DNA of 64,000 bases from Lama glama (Eukaryota): NCBI GenBank assembly GCA_028534125.1, contig CM052816.1, forward strand, positions 73,410,001 through 73,474,000, in the 5' to 3' direction. Shown here piece by piece: positions 1-12,800 of the stretch. The notes beneath the pieces were generated by a model. The model saw only the letters and a program-made list of their open reading frames with translations, was not told the origin of the DNA and did no database searches. Both the position numbers and the translations under genes were made by a program. Each line of letters begins with the position of its first letter. Positions within the stretch are counted from its first letter, which is position 1.

Positions 1-9
1 CAAAATAGT

Positions 10-180
10 TCTGGATTCAAATTCTGACTTTAACTCTTACTAGCTTTTTTGACCTTGAGAATGTAAAATTGGAAATTAATACCTACCTCAAGCTATTTTG
101 TGAGAGATTAATAAGCCATTGTTTACAAGCTCAGAGTCAGACCTATAGAAAGTACTAAATAAATAGTCACTATCATTATC
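10..180 (+). mobile_element. MIR SINE, degenerate
   Basis: Resembles the MIR core and tail: 'tgtaaaattggaaattaatacctacctca...tgtgagagattaa...aataaatagtcactat'. Confidence 0.7.
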
Positions 181-1390
181 AATTGTAAATTAAGAGTTCA
201 TCTTAGGATAATTATCAGAAATTTACCTTAAAATGCACTTCAATATTGAACAGAGAAAATATTTATAATAGTAAAACTGCCAAAAGACCTCAGTGTATAA
301 TAACAGGGAACAATTAAATTACTTAGATGAGCTATATTTTAACCAATAAAATAAGGAATATTTGCTAACACAGGAAAATATTACTGCTGGGTAAATTTAA
401 ATAATACATTTGTAATTATAAGTCCTAATGTTAGGATATTTTAAAAATGTGTGTGTGTGTATATACATAAAACACATCTGAACATCTCAGGTAGTGTGAC
501 GGGGAGGGGTTGTTCTCATATTGTTAGTGTTTGTATTGATTCTGGGTTGGGATAAGATTTCTTGTTCAAACATTGGTTTTTTTTTTTTTCAAACATTAAC
601 AAACACGAAACAGTCATTTTATAAAGAGGAGAAACGTGCAACTATTATACCTAAAAATAATGGTTTTAATAATCACAGGTATTGAAGTATTCACTTGCCT
701 GTCATTACATTTCTTTGTGTCTTTTGGCATAAATATTTTAACTGGTTGTGATTCATCACTTATTTTTCTTTCATAGTATCACCTTACAGGGATAAACTTT
801 CTTCTTGTTCTTGCGATACCAGATACAGCCAGAGAGTCATTAAGCAAGTAACTTTGTAAAGACACTGTATCCTGGATTTAACATTTACTCCCTTGACAGA
901 ATTATTCATGAGATCTAGCAGAGGAGGATCAATTTAGGTGAACTGATATTACTTAGAGAAAACCTACAAGATGTTTTAAGCCATTTCTCTGCAATTCTAG
1001 TATACAAACAAAGCTACCTAAACGTTCTCTCATTTACATTTTTAAGATGCAATGGTAAAAATAGACAGAAAATAAAATGTTGTATAGAGGAGTATTTAAT
1101 AGCTATCAAGCCCCTTCAAAAATACCTCAAAGTATGTTCCTGCATGGAGAAGTTTTAAAGAAAAAATTACACATTTTGGTTCCTTGAATTTGTTAGAACA
1201 CTCTTGTTTGTTTTCACTTTTATGACTGGTACTCGGCTGAGGAAGCAATGGTGAGTGTGAGTAGACAGTTCTTGCACAGGGGGATCTTGCAGTCTAGAAA
1301 TCAAACCTATGTGAGGCTCAGGTTAGCCACTCAGAAAATGATGGCACCTTCCCTAGTGAGATGCAACAGTGCCAGCCTCACGTATTACTG

Positions 1391-1548
1391 GCGTGGTTCT
1401 CACTGTTTGTTTAATATGTAGATGCCCAGCCATGCCTCCAAAGACTGAAATGGTAGATTTGAAAAAGGAACTCGGGGTCTACACTTCTAATAAAAGCCTA
1501 GGTATTTCTGACACAGAGGGTCTACATTTCACACTTTGGAAAATGCTA
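1391..1548 (+). mobile_element. MER5-like hAT-Charlie MITE
   Basis: 'gtggttctca...tagatgcccagcc...ggtatttctgacacagagggtctacatttcacactttggaaaatgc' follows the MER5A/B layout. Confidence 0.55.
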
Positions 1549-1728
1549 GCATTTAACAGGCATTGCTGAGTTTTGCAAAAGTGGGAAGAAATTAGACCTG
1601 GCATTAAATTCCTATTAGCTCTTTCTGCTTTCCTAGAATGATTATACAATATGTAAGATTAGAAAGTAGTAGAACAGTCTATAATCTAATGTATAATTTA
1701 AACTGTTATACCTGAGTTGTTGGGATAC

Positions 1729-2059
1729 GCCCCATTCGTATGTTAAATCTTATCCCTAATGTGATAGCATTTGGAAGTGGAGACTTTGGGGGTTATTAGC
1801 TCATAAGGTGGTGCTCTCATGAGTGGGATTAGTGCCTTTGTAAAAGAGACCCCAGATAGCTTCCTTGCCCCTTTCTGCCACATGAGGACACAGCAAGAAG
1901 ATGGCTCTCTATGAACCAGGAAGCGAGCCCTCACCAGACCACCGTATGCTGACCCTCTGATCTTGGATGTTCCAGCCTTCAGAACTGTGATAAATAAATG
2001 TTTGTTGTTCATAAGCCTTCCAGTTTTTGAAATTTTGTTACAGCAGCCAGAACAGACTA
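1729..2059 (+). mobile_element. ERVL-MaLR solo LTR (MLT1A-like)
   Basis: Diagnostic 'ctctcatgagtgggattagtgcctttgtaaaagagacc', 'tgatcttggatgttccagccttcagaactgtgataaataaatgtttgttgttcataagcc', ends 'gcagccagaacagacta'. Confidence 0.9.
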
Positions 2060-2060
2060 T

Positions 2061-2690
2061 GGTAGTATCTGGCTCACCTTTAGAATGGGTAAAAACCCAT
2101 GATGTCTGAGGTCAGAATTGATTGGTATTACCAATGATACACTGAAAAACCCAGCTGTGCCTTGGGTTTGTCAGTTTGAACTATTTTTCAAACCTTTGGA
2201 TTCAGTAAAATGAAAAGCTCATTTTGCCAAGCACTTTCACCCTTAATTTTTAAACGCATGTGTATTTTAAGAGAAATTTAATCCATATGTTTCTGATTCA
2301 TTTACACTTAAATCATCAAAATGTTATTTTGTAAGAACCATTTGATGTCCAAGGTTTTCTGAGCTTTGTAAACCTCTTTTCTTAGAAACAGAATGTTGTG
2401 TTTTGCCAGGGCTTTGAGTGCTGGTCGAAATGCCAGAAGCAGGAGGTTTCAGTGGGTTCCATACTTTGCACAGAAAGTTCCCTCTTTCCTTCGATCAACA
2501 CAAAACCAAACTGAACCCCAGAGGCCAGCGGACACAGTTCTCGCTTTATCACGACACTCTTTTTCTCTTCAGTTTTTGTTGTAGGAATATAATGGATGGT
2601 CTGAAGTTTTGCTTTGTGTTTATGGTTTCTCCAGTAGGTTGATTATACAAGGTTTCTGTAACCTTGGAGATTGCTCACTTAAAGCTGTTC
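2061..2690. mobile_element. ERV1 (MER4-group) internal sequence fragment
   Basis: 'tttctgattcatttacacttaaatcatcaaaatgttattttgtaagaaccatttgatgtccaag' and flanks recall MER4-group internal sequences; the minus-strand frames I translated contain stops. Confidence 0.55.
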
Positions 2691-3189
2691 AATTACAGTG
2701 CAAGTCCAAAAACACAGACTTCTGAAATTTAAAACTTTCATTCAGACAGGAAAACAAGCAGTTTACATTTCGAGACTCAGTTGTTTTCCAAAGGTGTCAT
2801 ACTATCTTTCCATTTTTAACTTCTTAATCAATAACAGAAATATATTTAGAAAGGGAAATTATGAACTACAGAGTTCTCTGCAATTTTTATTTACAAAAGA
2901 AACACATACTATCAATACTTGCAAAGTACTAAATGTAAGAATTCAATAAAAAATTTTTTCAAAATTATTGCCACTCAATGATTTAGAGATAATAACTTAG
3001 CAGGCTTTCAGGAGAATTAGTGCTTTAAAATTATTTAATAATCTGTTTTAAGGACCTTGTAAAACACATATTGCATTATGTGTTGCATGAGCAATGAAGC
3101 ACAAATACATCTTATAATAATTAAGGACAGAATTTTCTTCCAGTCATTTATTAATTGTTTTTTTTAAGTACTTATAAAATACACCATAA

Positions 3190-3790
3190 AGTGTTACCCA
3201 GATTTCAAACTTTTGGTTTACAGAACATCCTGCTTCTTGTTTTTAAGATACTTGACGAGGAAAAACCAAGGTCATTTAATTTGCGGTTTGGAGTCCTACA
3301 GGTTTTTCAATTTTCCTTCCCTCTTTGGCTGAACTTTTTGATAAAAATGAGACACCGAGGATTGTGAAACCTGAATGGATTTTATCCTTGAGTTTTGCGT
3401 TTTAGTTACCCTTGTAACCTTGACTTTCAAAAAGCTTGATGGATACTGTTAAGGTTTCAACCAATTTTAAGTGTTTGGTTTTATGATTTTTCTTTAATTG
3501 CTAGGTAACCTCCAGCTTTCTACCATTCATTAAAATGGTTTTACAAATGACTTAAGGTCTGTTGCTTTGACAAATAAAAACCAGGTTTATTATTCTGCCT
3601 ATAATTGAACAATAATTACGATGTTGATTATCTTTTGTTGGGCTTGCTTAATAAAGCCCTAAGTAGTTTAGCGGGATTTATAGCTTCCAGGATTTGAACG
3701 AGAGGTCAGAGAGGTCCTTACTTTTTGCCAGCTGACCTTTGGTTTGAGTTTAAATTAACCCAATTTGTGCTGCTTTTTTAATCTATTCTC
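3190..3790. mobile_element. Probable continuation of ERV1 internal sequence
   Basis: T-rich sequence of similar character to 2061-2690; recalled resemblance only. Confidence 0.4.
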
Positions 3791-3965
3791 AAAAGTCAGG
3801 CCTGCACAGTACATTATATAGATCTCCTTGGCTGTCTATTTTTATTTTTTTATTAAAATTTTATTTAAATATTTAGGTGATTTAAAGATAATCTAACTGC
3901 AGACACAAGACTGTAATCACTACAAACACAGGAATATAAATGACAGAATAGTTAGATCAGCCACA

Positions 3966-4182
3966 TTTTTTTTTTAATTGAAGTCCAGTCAGTTATAATG
4001 TGTCAATTTCTGGTGTAAGCACAATGTCCCAGTTATGCATATACATACATATATTCGTTTTCATATTCTTTTTCATTAAAGATTATTATAAGATATTGAA
4101 TATAGTTCCCTGTGCTATGCAGAAGAAATTTGTTTTTTTAATTTATTTTTATATACAGTGGCTAACATTTGCAAATCTCAAA
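3966..4182 (-). mobile_element. 5'-truncated L1 3' end (artiodactyl/camelid type)
   Basis: Poly-T then 'aattgaagtccagtcagttataatg...gttccctgtgctatgcag'; imperfect TSD 'cagccacat'/'cagccatat' at about 3958 and 4183. Confidence 0.85.
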
Positions 4183-5009
4183 CAGCCATATATTTTAACG
4201 AATATTAAATCACTTTCTGCAAAGTCTTAGAAATATTGATTGTTGAAGATGGGAAGATTTTATTTTCCTATGCACTCTTCTGATACTCTTAAACAAGGCT
4301 ATCATTAGGTTTGTTCATTTTTACCAAGAACAAATTCATAATAATCATTCAATCTGATAATTGCAAGATAAGACTAAATTTTCTTAAATCTTTGTCCATC
4401 TCGTGTACCCGTTTAGCCTGTAGAACAGGAAGGGGACAAAGAAGATTATGGTACTGTTTTTACTATTTTAAAAATTAGTTCCAGATTCACCCATAAACAT
4501 ATTGAACATCTGTCACGTACCTGGTTTTATAGAGATAAAGGAAATGTGGTCCTTGCTGCCCAGGCGTTCCGGGTCAAGACAAGAATATCATTTTTATTCT
4601 TTCAGCATTATATAATCCCTTAGATACTGATTTCAGTGTTTTTTGTTATACTATGTAGCTTGGTCTTCCCTAGGACAGGGCTTTATAAATATCTATGGCT
4701 TTCTGTAGAGGAAGAAACAATGCTTTATTTTGTTGCTACCTTAAAAACTCTCTGGCTCTTCCCTGACTGAACAGTGCTGACTCCTAGTGAGGGGCAATGC
4801 TTGTTTAGATGCTTAAGTCTAAACAAGTCTGTTCAAAAATCAGCTTCTAACCTTCTTGCCACCAACCTCAGCAGTCACCTCCTGTGGAGGTGTTCAGGGC
4901 ATTGCTTTCATTGCAATGAATGTGCAATAGTCTGATCAATGGTATGATGTTTCCTTATTAGACAGCTTTAGATACAAATGTTTTTAACAAGGAGTATGAG
5001 AGAAAGCAA

Positions 5010-5450
5010 AGCGTGGCCTAAAGGGTTATGGACTTGGAATCAAGTGTTTTAGCATCAGTCTTACTTATTGTAGGCATTGGGAAAATTACCACTTCTAAAC
5101 TTCTGTTCTTATCTGTCAAATGGGGTGATATGTATTGCACAAGATTTTTTTTTCAATTGAAGTAAAGTTGATTTACAATATTAGTTTCAGGTGTACAGCA
5201 TAGTGATTCAATATTTTTATTGACTATACTTCATTTAAATTTATCACAAAATAATTGCTACATTTCCCTGTGCTATACAATATATCCTTGTTGTTTATTT
5301 TATACGTGGTAGTTTGTACCTCTTAACCCTTTTCTTCTGTCTTGCCCCTCCCCCCGCCTTCCCTTTGTTTTTGGTGAGGATTAAGTGAGATTAATATAGG
5401 GAAGGCTCAAGGCACAGTGTCTAGCACACAGAAAGCAGACATCAAACATT
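5010..5450 (+). mobile_element. MIR interrupted by an L1 fragment
   Basis: MIR 5' half ends '...tctgtcaaatggggtgatatgtattgcacaagat' and resumes 'tggtgaggattaagtgagattaat...cacagtgtctagcacacag'. Confidence 0.75.
5145..5367 (-). mobile_element. L1 3' end fragment (L1MA9-like) nested in MIR
   Basis: 'tttttcaattgaagtaaagttgatttacaatattagtttcaggtgtacagcatagtgattca...ccctgtgctatacaatatatcc'. Confidence 0.85.
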
Positions 5451-7060
5451 AATTGGATCACAAGCAGAAGGAAAGCATCCACCATCCCTTTCAGCTAGGT
5501 GTCATGCACTCAGCTGTTTCCTGGAAAATCAAAATGAGCAAGATGGAATTCCTGCTCTTCAAGAGCTGAGCTGTATTTACTAGAGTCTAGGAACTAGATA
5601 GTTTCTGCATCATTCGACTAACTGCCATAAGCTTCCTCTACCATAACTTTCTCCATCCAGCTGGCTCAGATAAATGTAAAGGACAACTGTTGTCAATCAG
5701 GATAAAGAATTAACTGCTGACATTTTATTTGCATTTGTTCTGTCAATCAAGAGATGAGGTTCTAGCACTCTTATAAAGGCTATCAAAAAACTTAAATTTT
5801 TACTATTTATTTTCTATTAAAAAAAAACAGTGCTGAGTTTACTATTTATTTTCTAGGTAGGATATACTTCAGTAAATCTCTTCCTGTGTCTGTGTTTCTC
5901 ATTTGATAATGAATAGTTTAGACAGTTTCTAAAATCCCTTCTAATTCCAACATTCTATTTTTTATGACTCAAGATACTAGCTTTTGAAAGAATAAATTAA
6001 TCCTTCCATGACAGATGTTTGGAGAAGACAGAGAATTTTACTCTTTAAAAAGTTGAGAATAGCTACAGTGTTGGTGTCAGTTCTCTGAACAATAAATGTT
6101 TATTAGTATCCAGTTACCTGAGAATGGAAACTTGCAATACATGTATTCAAACTCTCTTTATGTTACTAGTTTTTGAATTGTGGATGATTACCCTCCTGGT
6201 TTGAAGCACTTTTATCTTTTTTGTAACACATTTCACCCCCATGTTAATGCCTATTATGAGTGCTTTTAATATTAAAGTGTGTACCAGCTCTGTAACTTAT
6301 ATGTGACTTAGACGAAATATTTACCTCAAGATGCTTTTTTCCTTTTACTTCTATAAAATACAGCCAATAATACTCAACTAATAAAGATTTTTAAGCCCCT
6401 ATCACAGTGCTTAACAAAAACCCAACATAGTTTTTACATTTTTAATTAAGAAATTAAATACCTACTTATATCTTGGCATAGAGTTTGACTTTGAACATAT
6501 TCATCCAAATATTTAAGAAATCTATCTGTACATATTACCAATTATTAGTCTTTAGAAGAGACTAAGAAAAAAGTTTATGCATTCCTTTCTCTAAAAAAGC
6601 TTATAATCTATCTCGGGAAATAAGAAAGACTCAAGATTCAAGAAAAGTTGAACAATTATAAAGTATTGTTAGAAGAGATTCTATAAAATAGTATTTGTTA
6701 AATAACAAATCAGTGATATAAATTTATCACTATGAAACAGGAAATATGAAAATTTACATGAAAATATATGTAAATGCATTCAGACATAGGAGATAGCACT
6801 TTTAGAGAAGTCTGTGTGGAGCAGCTGACAATTAAACCAGATCACTGCAAATTTCTCAGATTGTAGCATGAATGAGAAACATTGCACAAGCCAAAGGAGG
6901 TTTTCAGGGAAAGATAATAATATCCTATATGCATATATACATGGGTGCATGCTCTCTCAAACACACAGAGAAAAGAAACATTTTTAAGATAAGTTACATA
7001 AACTACTGAGCTCTGTGTCTGATCTGTCATCCAAGAGATAATAATTGTTACTTCCTACTA

Positions 7061-7400
7061 CAGAAGCTGCAAATTTGGAGCCCACTGAGTAAATTAAGGC
7101 TATAGGCATATTTTCTAAAGTCACATCTTTTTCTTTACATAACTCATGAGCCAGTTTTTTAAAAGTAGAGGACATTATAATTTTAAAAAAAAATGAGTCT
7201 CTGGTTTCTCTTGAAAAATCCTGAAGATTTGCTATCACTGAGCCTGCATTTCCTTAACACAAATCGACTTGGATTGAATAGTTGTTGCTACTTTCTTTAA
7301 ACTTGACCCCAGTCACTAAGGTCTCCACCAGCCCATTCAGTGCTTTCACATGTACTTATACCTGTGCTTGCATTGGCTACCATCTTGCAGAGTTTGTCAT
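7061..7400. mobile_element. MER102-like hAT-Charlie element
   Basis: 'ggtttctcttgaaaaatcctgaagatttgctatcactgagcctgcatttcc' resembles the MER102 core. Confidence 0.55.
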
Positions 7401-7644
7401 TTGCAAGTCCGAGAACCCTGGAAAAAGACTCCTTTTGCTCCAGTCTCCTGGGGAAGGAGAGGTGCCATTGGGGAGGACTCATCAAGAGAAAACCAGGGTC
7501 AGGCTGGGAGGTGACTGATCAGGGGAAGCTTTGCAGGGGAAAAAAAAAAAAAAGTAAAAGGCAGCCGGCTTCCTTTGTCTCCTCCCTCTTATCCCTTTTC
7601 TGAGTAGGTAGATGAGACCCTTCAGGGCTTTTCTAAGCACTTTT

Positions 7645-9208
7645 TTGAAAAACAGCTTTATTGTGATATGATTCCTGTACAGTAAACTACACATATTTCA
7701 GATGTACAATATGATAAATTTTGATAGATGTACACACCAATGAAAGCACCATCAAAATCAAGATAGGCAACATTTCCATCACTTCCCAAGAGGTGAAAAT
7801 TTCAAGTTCTCAATTTATTCCTTCCCACTCCCTTTACCCCCTGGTAACCATAAGTTTGTTCTCTATGTCTGTGACTGTTTCTGTTTTGTAGATAACTTCA
7901 CTTGTATCCTTTTTTTTTTTTTAAGATTCCACATATAAGCAATGCCATATGGTATTTTTCTTTCTCTTTCTGACTTACTTCACTTAGAATGACTCCAGGT
8001 CCATCCATGTTGCTGCAAATGCCATTATTTTATTCCTTTTTATGGCTAAGTAGTATTCCATTGTGTGTGTGTGTATAAACACACACACTACATCTTCTTT
8101 ACCCAGTCATCTGTCGATGGACATTTGGGTTGTTTTCATGTCTTGGCTGTTGTAAACAGTGCTGCTGTGAACGTTGAGGTGCGTATGTCTTTTTGAATTA
8201 TATTTTTCTCCAAATACATGTCCAGGAGTGGGATTGCTGGATCATATGGTAAGTCTATTTTTAGTTTTTTGAGGCATCTCCATAACTGTCCTCCATAGTG
8301 GCTGCACCAGTTTACATTCCCACCAACAGTGTAGGAAGGTTCCTTTTCTCCACACCATCTCCAGCATTTATTGCTTGTAGACTTTTTAATAATGGTCATT
8401 CTGACTGGTGTGAGGTATAGTCTATATTGCAAAACTATAGTAATCAAAACAGTATGGTGCCCACACAAAAACAGACACATAGATCAATGTAACAGGATAG
8501 AAAGTCCAGAAATAAATCCACACACTTATGTTTAATTAATCTACAACAAAGGAGGCAGGAATAGACAATGTAGAAAAGAAAAGACAGTCTCTTCAACAAG
8601 TGGTGCTGAGAAAACTGGACAGCTACCTGTAAAAGACTGAAATTGGAATATTCTCTAACACCATATACAAATAAAAATTCAAAATGGATTAAAGACCTAA
8701 ATGTAAGACCAGATACTATAAAAATCCTAGAGAAAAACATAGGCAAAACATTCTTGGACATAAATCACAGCAATTTTTTTTTTTGGAATCAGCTCCTACA
8801 GTAATGAACATAAAAGCAAAAATAAACAAATGGGATCTAATTAAACTTAAAAGCTTTTTCATAGCTAAGGATACCATCAACACAATGAAAAGACAACCTA
8901 CAGAATGGGAGAAGATATTTGCAAATGATGCAGCTGACAAGGGACTCTATTCCAAAATATACAAACAGCTCATACAGCTTAATAAAAAACAAAACAAAAC
9001 AAAACAAACAAACAAAAAACAAAAACAAAAACCCAAGCAACCCAATCAAAAAATGGGCAGAAGACCTAAACAGAAATCTCTCCAAAGAAGTCATCCAGAT
9101 GGCCAACAAGCACATGAAAAGATGCTCAGCATCACTAATTGTTAGATAAATGCAAGTCAAAACTACAATATAATCTCACACAAGTCAGAATGACCATCAT
9201 TAAAAAAA
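7645..9208 (-). mobile_element. L1 insertion with 5' inversion: 7645-8418 antisense, 8419-9208 sense, flanked by a 13-bp TSD
   Basis: TSD 'tctaagcactttt' at 7632-7644 and 9209-9221; ORF2 peptides on both strands ([12 protein letters not shown] on +; YDPAIPLL on -). Confidence 0.9.
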
Positions 9209-10317
9209 TCTAAGCACTTTTAAGTTTTGATGGGCCACTGCTGGAATAGTGAAAAGATTAGCTGGTCTTAATCTATGCTTTGAGGAGGAAGGTTGCCTTT
9301 GTATTCCCATTCAGTATAGCTCACTAAAAGCAGTTAGGACTTTAGAACAGAAGTCCTAATGAGAAAAAAATGAGTGGACATTTAGAGAGAATGTATTTAG
9401 GTATCTCTTTTAAACCTAATTGGAGTAAGAAGCTGGCTGCGAAGGCAGGATCAAGACAGCAGCTCCAATTCCCTCTCCACTACAGGATATGCTTCAGATG
9501 CATGTTAGGGATTCGATAGACTAAATAAAGCTGGGTAATTCTATTTTTCTTGATAATCTTGGTCAGCTTATTTATATAGCTTTCTCAACTATCTAGAAAG
9601 TTTCATGGAACTTTCAAAATATGCAACAGCTGTCCAGAGCTGTCCTGCGAAGGATTCAACAGTAAGAGGAGAACCACAATGAACCATGAAAAAGAGCATG
9701 AGCAGCAGAACAAAACATTCAGATCTAGTGTTAAGCCATCATGTTGTTGTTCATACACGTATTCTTGGGAGATGGGAAAAAAGGTAGATGCAGCAGATAA
9801 TTAGTGAATAGACAACAGGAGAGCTGGAATATTAGGCTGCCACAGCCTGCCTGGGACAATGTCTATGGGAGACAGAAGCTATATTTTGTGTTTTGCCATG
9901 TATGTGTCACAGTAAAACCCTCACTTAACCAGGTGAATGTTACAGCCCCTGTCTGGTTCAGCCAAGTTTCAGGTATTTTCTACCTCATCCAAAAATGAGA
10001 CCACATCGTACCTCTGGCATTAAGAATTGCCATAATACTGTAATGGGTAGCATTTATGAGCATGTTCCTCTGCCTTTTATGCCCCAGTTCTGCCTGGACA
10101 GAACAGAGTTAATAGCCTCAGTTCATGTGGTTGGCATCATGGGCGTAGTAGGGCATCTAACTCACAATAAACATGCAATAAAGTAATCATTGTTGTTCAT
10201 ATAGCATTCTACCTCAAAACAATACCTTCGAAATTTAAAAAGAAGCTATATATTTACATATTAACTTACAGTATTATAGAGTGATCTAAGTTTTTGCTTT
10301 CAAAGAGTAGAGTAAAT

Positions 10318-10400
10318 AGTATTATCCTTGTTTTATACGTAGGAAATCTGAGGCAGGAAAGTTTAAGTGACTTTTCCAAGGAAACCCCTACAGGAACACA
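10318..10400 (-). mobile_element. MIR fragment
   Basis: 'attatccttgttttatacgtaggaaatctgaggcaggaaagtttaagtgacttttccaagg'. Confidence 0.65.
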
Positions 10401-11201
10401 GTGGAGCACAAACCAAAGCTAGCATTCATCTCACAATTCAATGATGCCTTGTCTTTCTCCCATGTGTAAAATAAGGCCCAAAAAGAAAGTGTATCTAAGA
10501 AACTGATACAGAAAAACAAAACTCCCTGTGGTTGTTAATATGCCACTTTTGTTCTGAGAACGTGAACAGAAAATAGAAAAATTGCTTCTGAACAACCAAA
10601 ATTCTCACTGATAGAAGTGCTAAATTTTCATAATGCATCTGAGGACCATCATGTAAGTGACCAATTTTAGTCTATGCATGATTTAATCATATTTCACAAA
10701 CATCCTCTCTCCAGGCACCACAATCACTGAGATATTAGTGGATGACTTCCAACTTTGTGACAACTCATGAAGTTCAACTTTGTTTTTTTCTGGAAAGAAT
10801 GAGAAACGTATCGGGGACATTTTGGAATTTTCTATGAAATATGGTTGAATGAAAGTACTTCCCCTTCTTTTCCACAGAATATTCCCTTATTACGGCTACC
10901 TATTAATGGGTGTCATCGTCCATTCCTCTTTCACCAATTGTTTGACATGAAGCCAATCCTTTCTAAATCTAGGCAAAGCTAACAACATGGCTCCATTTAA
11001 CAAATACTAAGACTGTTGAAATCCATGACATATGTTACTATAAAAACGGCTTATGCCCCAAAATTTCTCTTTTTAGCTACATATAAAGCTCTTAAAGTAT
11101 CCTATAGCTTAACATATTGTCAAACACATTCTCAAATATTTCTATAAATACATTAAAAAGCCACTGTTTTAGAACAATGCACTGTAAATTAAAATGTTCA
11201 G

Positions 11202-12800
11202 TAAGCTAGGAAGTAAGTTCTTGGGCATTGATCTTACGGATATTTTTTGGATCTGTCTTCTCAGACAAGGGAAACAAAAGCAAAAATAAACAAATAGGAC
11301 TACATCAAACTAAAACAGCTTTGCGCAGCAAAGGAAACTATTAGCAAAACAAAAAGGCCACCTACTGAAAGGGAGAAGATATTTGCAAACAATATATCTG
11401 ATGAGGAGCAAATATCCAAAATATACAAAGAACTCATACAACTCAACATCAAATGATGCAATTAAAAATTGGGCAGAGGATCTGAATAGATATTTTTCCA
11501 AAGACATACAGATGTCCAACAGGCACATGGAACTGTGTTTAACATCCCTAATCATCTAGGAAATGCAAGTCAAAACCACAATGAAACATCACCACACACC
11601 TGTCAGAATGGCTATTATCAAAAAGACAACGAATAAGGGTTGGTAAGAATGTGAGGAAAAGGGAACCCCTGCACACTGTGGGTGGGAATGTGAACTGGTA
11701 CAGCCATTGTGGAAAACTGTATGCAGATTCCTTAAAAAAATTAAAAATAGAACTATCGTATCATCCAGTAATTTTACTCCTGGGTATTTATCCAAAGAAA
11801 ATGGAAATGCTAATTCAAAAAGATATATGTTCATAGCAGCATTATTTATAATAGCCAAGATATGGGGGCAATCTAAATACCCATCAATACATGAAAGAAT
11901 AAAGAAGATGTTAACACACACACACACACACACACACGCACACTCAATGGATATTACTCAGCCATAGAAAAGAATGAAATGTTGCCATTTGCCACAACAT
12001 AGATAGACCTATTATGCTAGGTGAAATAAGTCAGACAGAGAAAGTCAAATACTGTGTAATTTCACTTACATGTGGACTCTAAAAAAACAAAACTGACTAA
12101 CATAACAAAACAGAAACAGACTCACAGATATAGAAAACAAACTAGTAGTTGCCAGAAGGGTGCGAGGTAGAGGGGATGGGGAAACAGATGACTGGGAATT
12201 AAGAGGTACAAACTTCCAGTTGCAAAATAAATGAGTCATGGGTGTGAAACTTACGGTGTGGGGAATACAGTCAATAACTATGTAATATCTTTGTATGATG
12301 ACATATTATAACTGGATTTCTTATGATCCTTTGAAATATATAGAAACACTGAATCACTATGTTGTGTAACAGGAACTAACATAGTGTTGTACATCAACTA
12401 TACTTCAAAAACAAACTCATAGAAAAAGAGTTCAGATTTGTGGTTACCAGAAGCTGGGAATAAGGGAAGAGGCAACTGGCTGAAGGCAGCAAAAATGTAC
12501 AAACTCCCAATTATAAGATAAATAAGTACTAGGGATACAATGTACAAAATGATAAATATAATTAATATTGCTATGTATTTATATGAAAGTTGTTAAGACA
12601 GTAAATTCTAAGAGTTCTCATCACAAGGAAAAATGCTTTTTCTATTTCTTTAACTTTGTATCTATATGAGAGGATGGATGTTCATTAAAACATATTGTAA
12701 TAATCATTTCATGATGGATGCAAGTCAAATCATTATGGTGTACACCTTAAACTCATACCATGCTGTCTGTCAGCTATATCTCAATAAAATTGGAAGAATA
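11202..12800 (+). mobile_element. 5'-truncated L1 (ORF2 C-terminus plus 3'UTR) with 11-bp TSD
   Basis: ORF2 remnant ([15 protein letters not shown]); TSD 'aaaatgttcag' at 11191-11201 and 12801-12811, preceded by TT (L1 endonuclease TT/AAAA site). Confidence 0.92.

Noticed and set aside
3966..7810. The L1 piece at 3966-4182 ends about where the 7793-8418 piece begins in the consensus, suggesting one split element
   Set aside because: Each piece has its own TSD-like flanks, and ancient MIR/MER elements lie between them; coincidence is more likely
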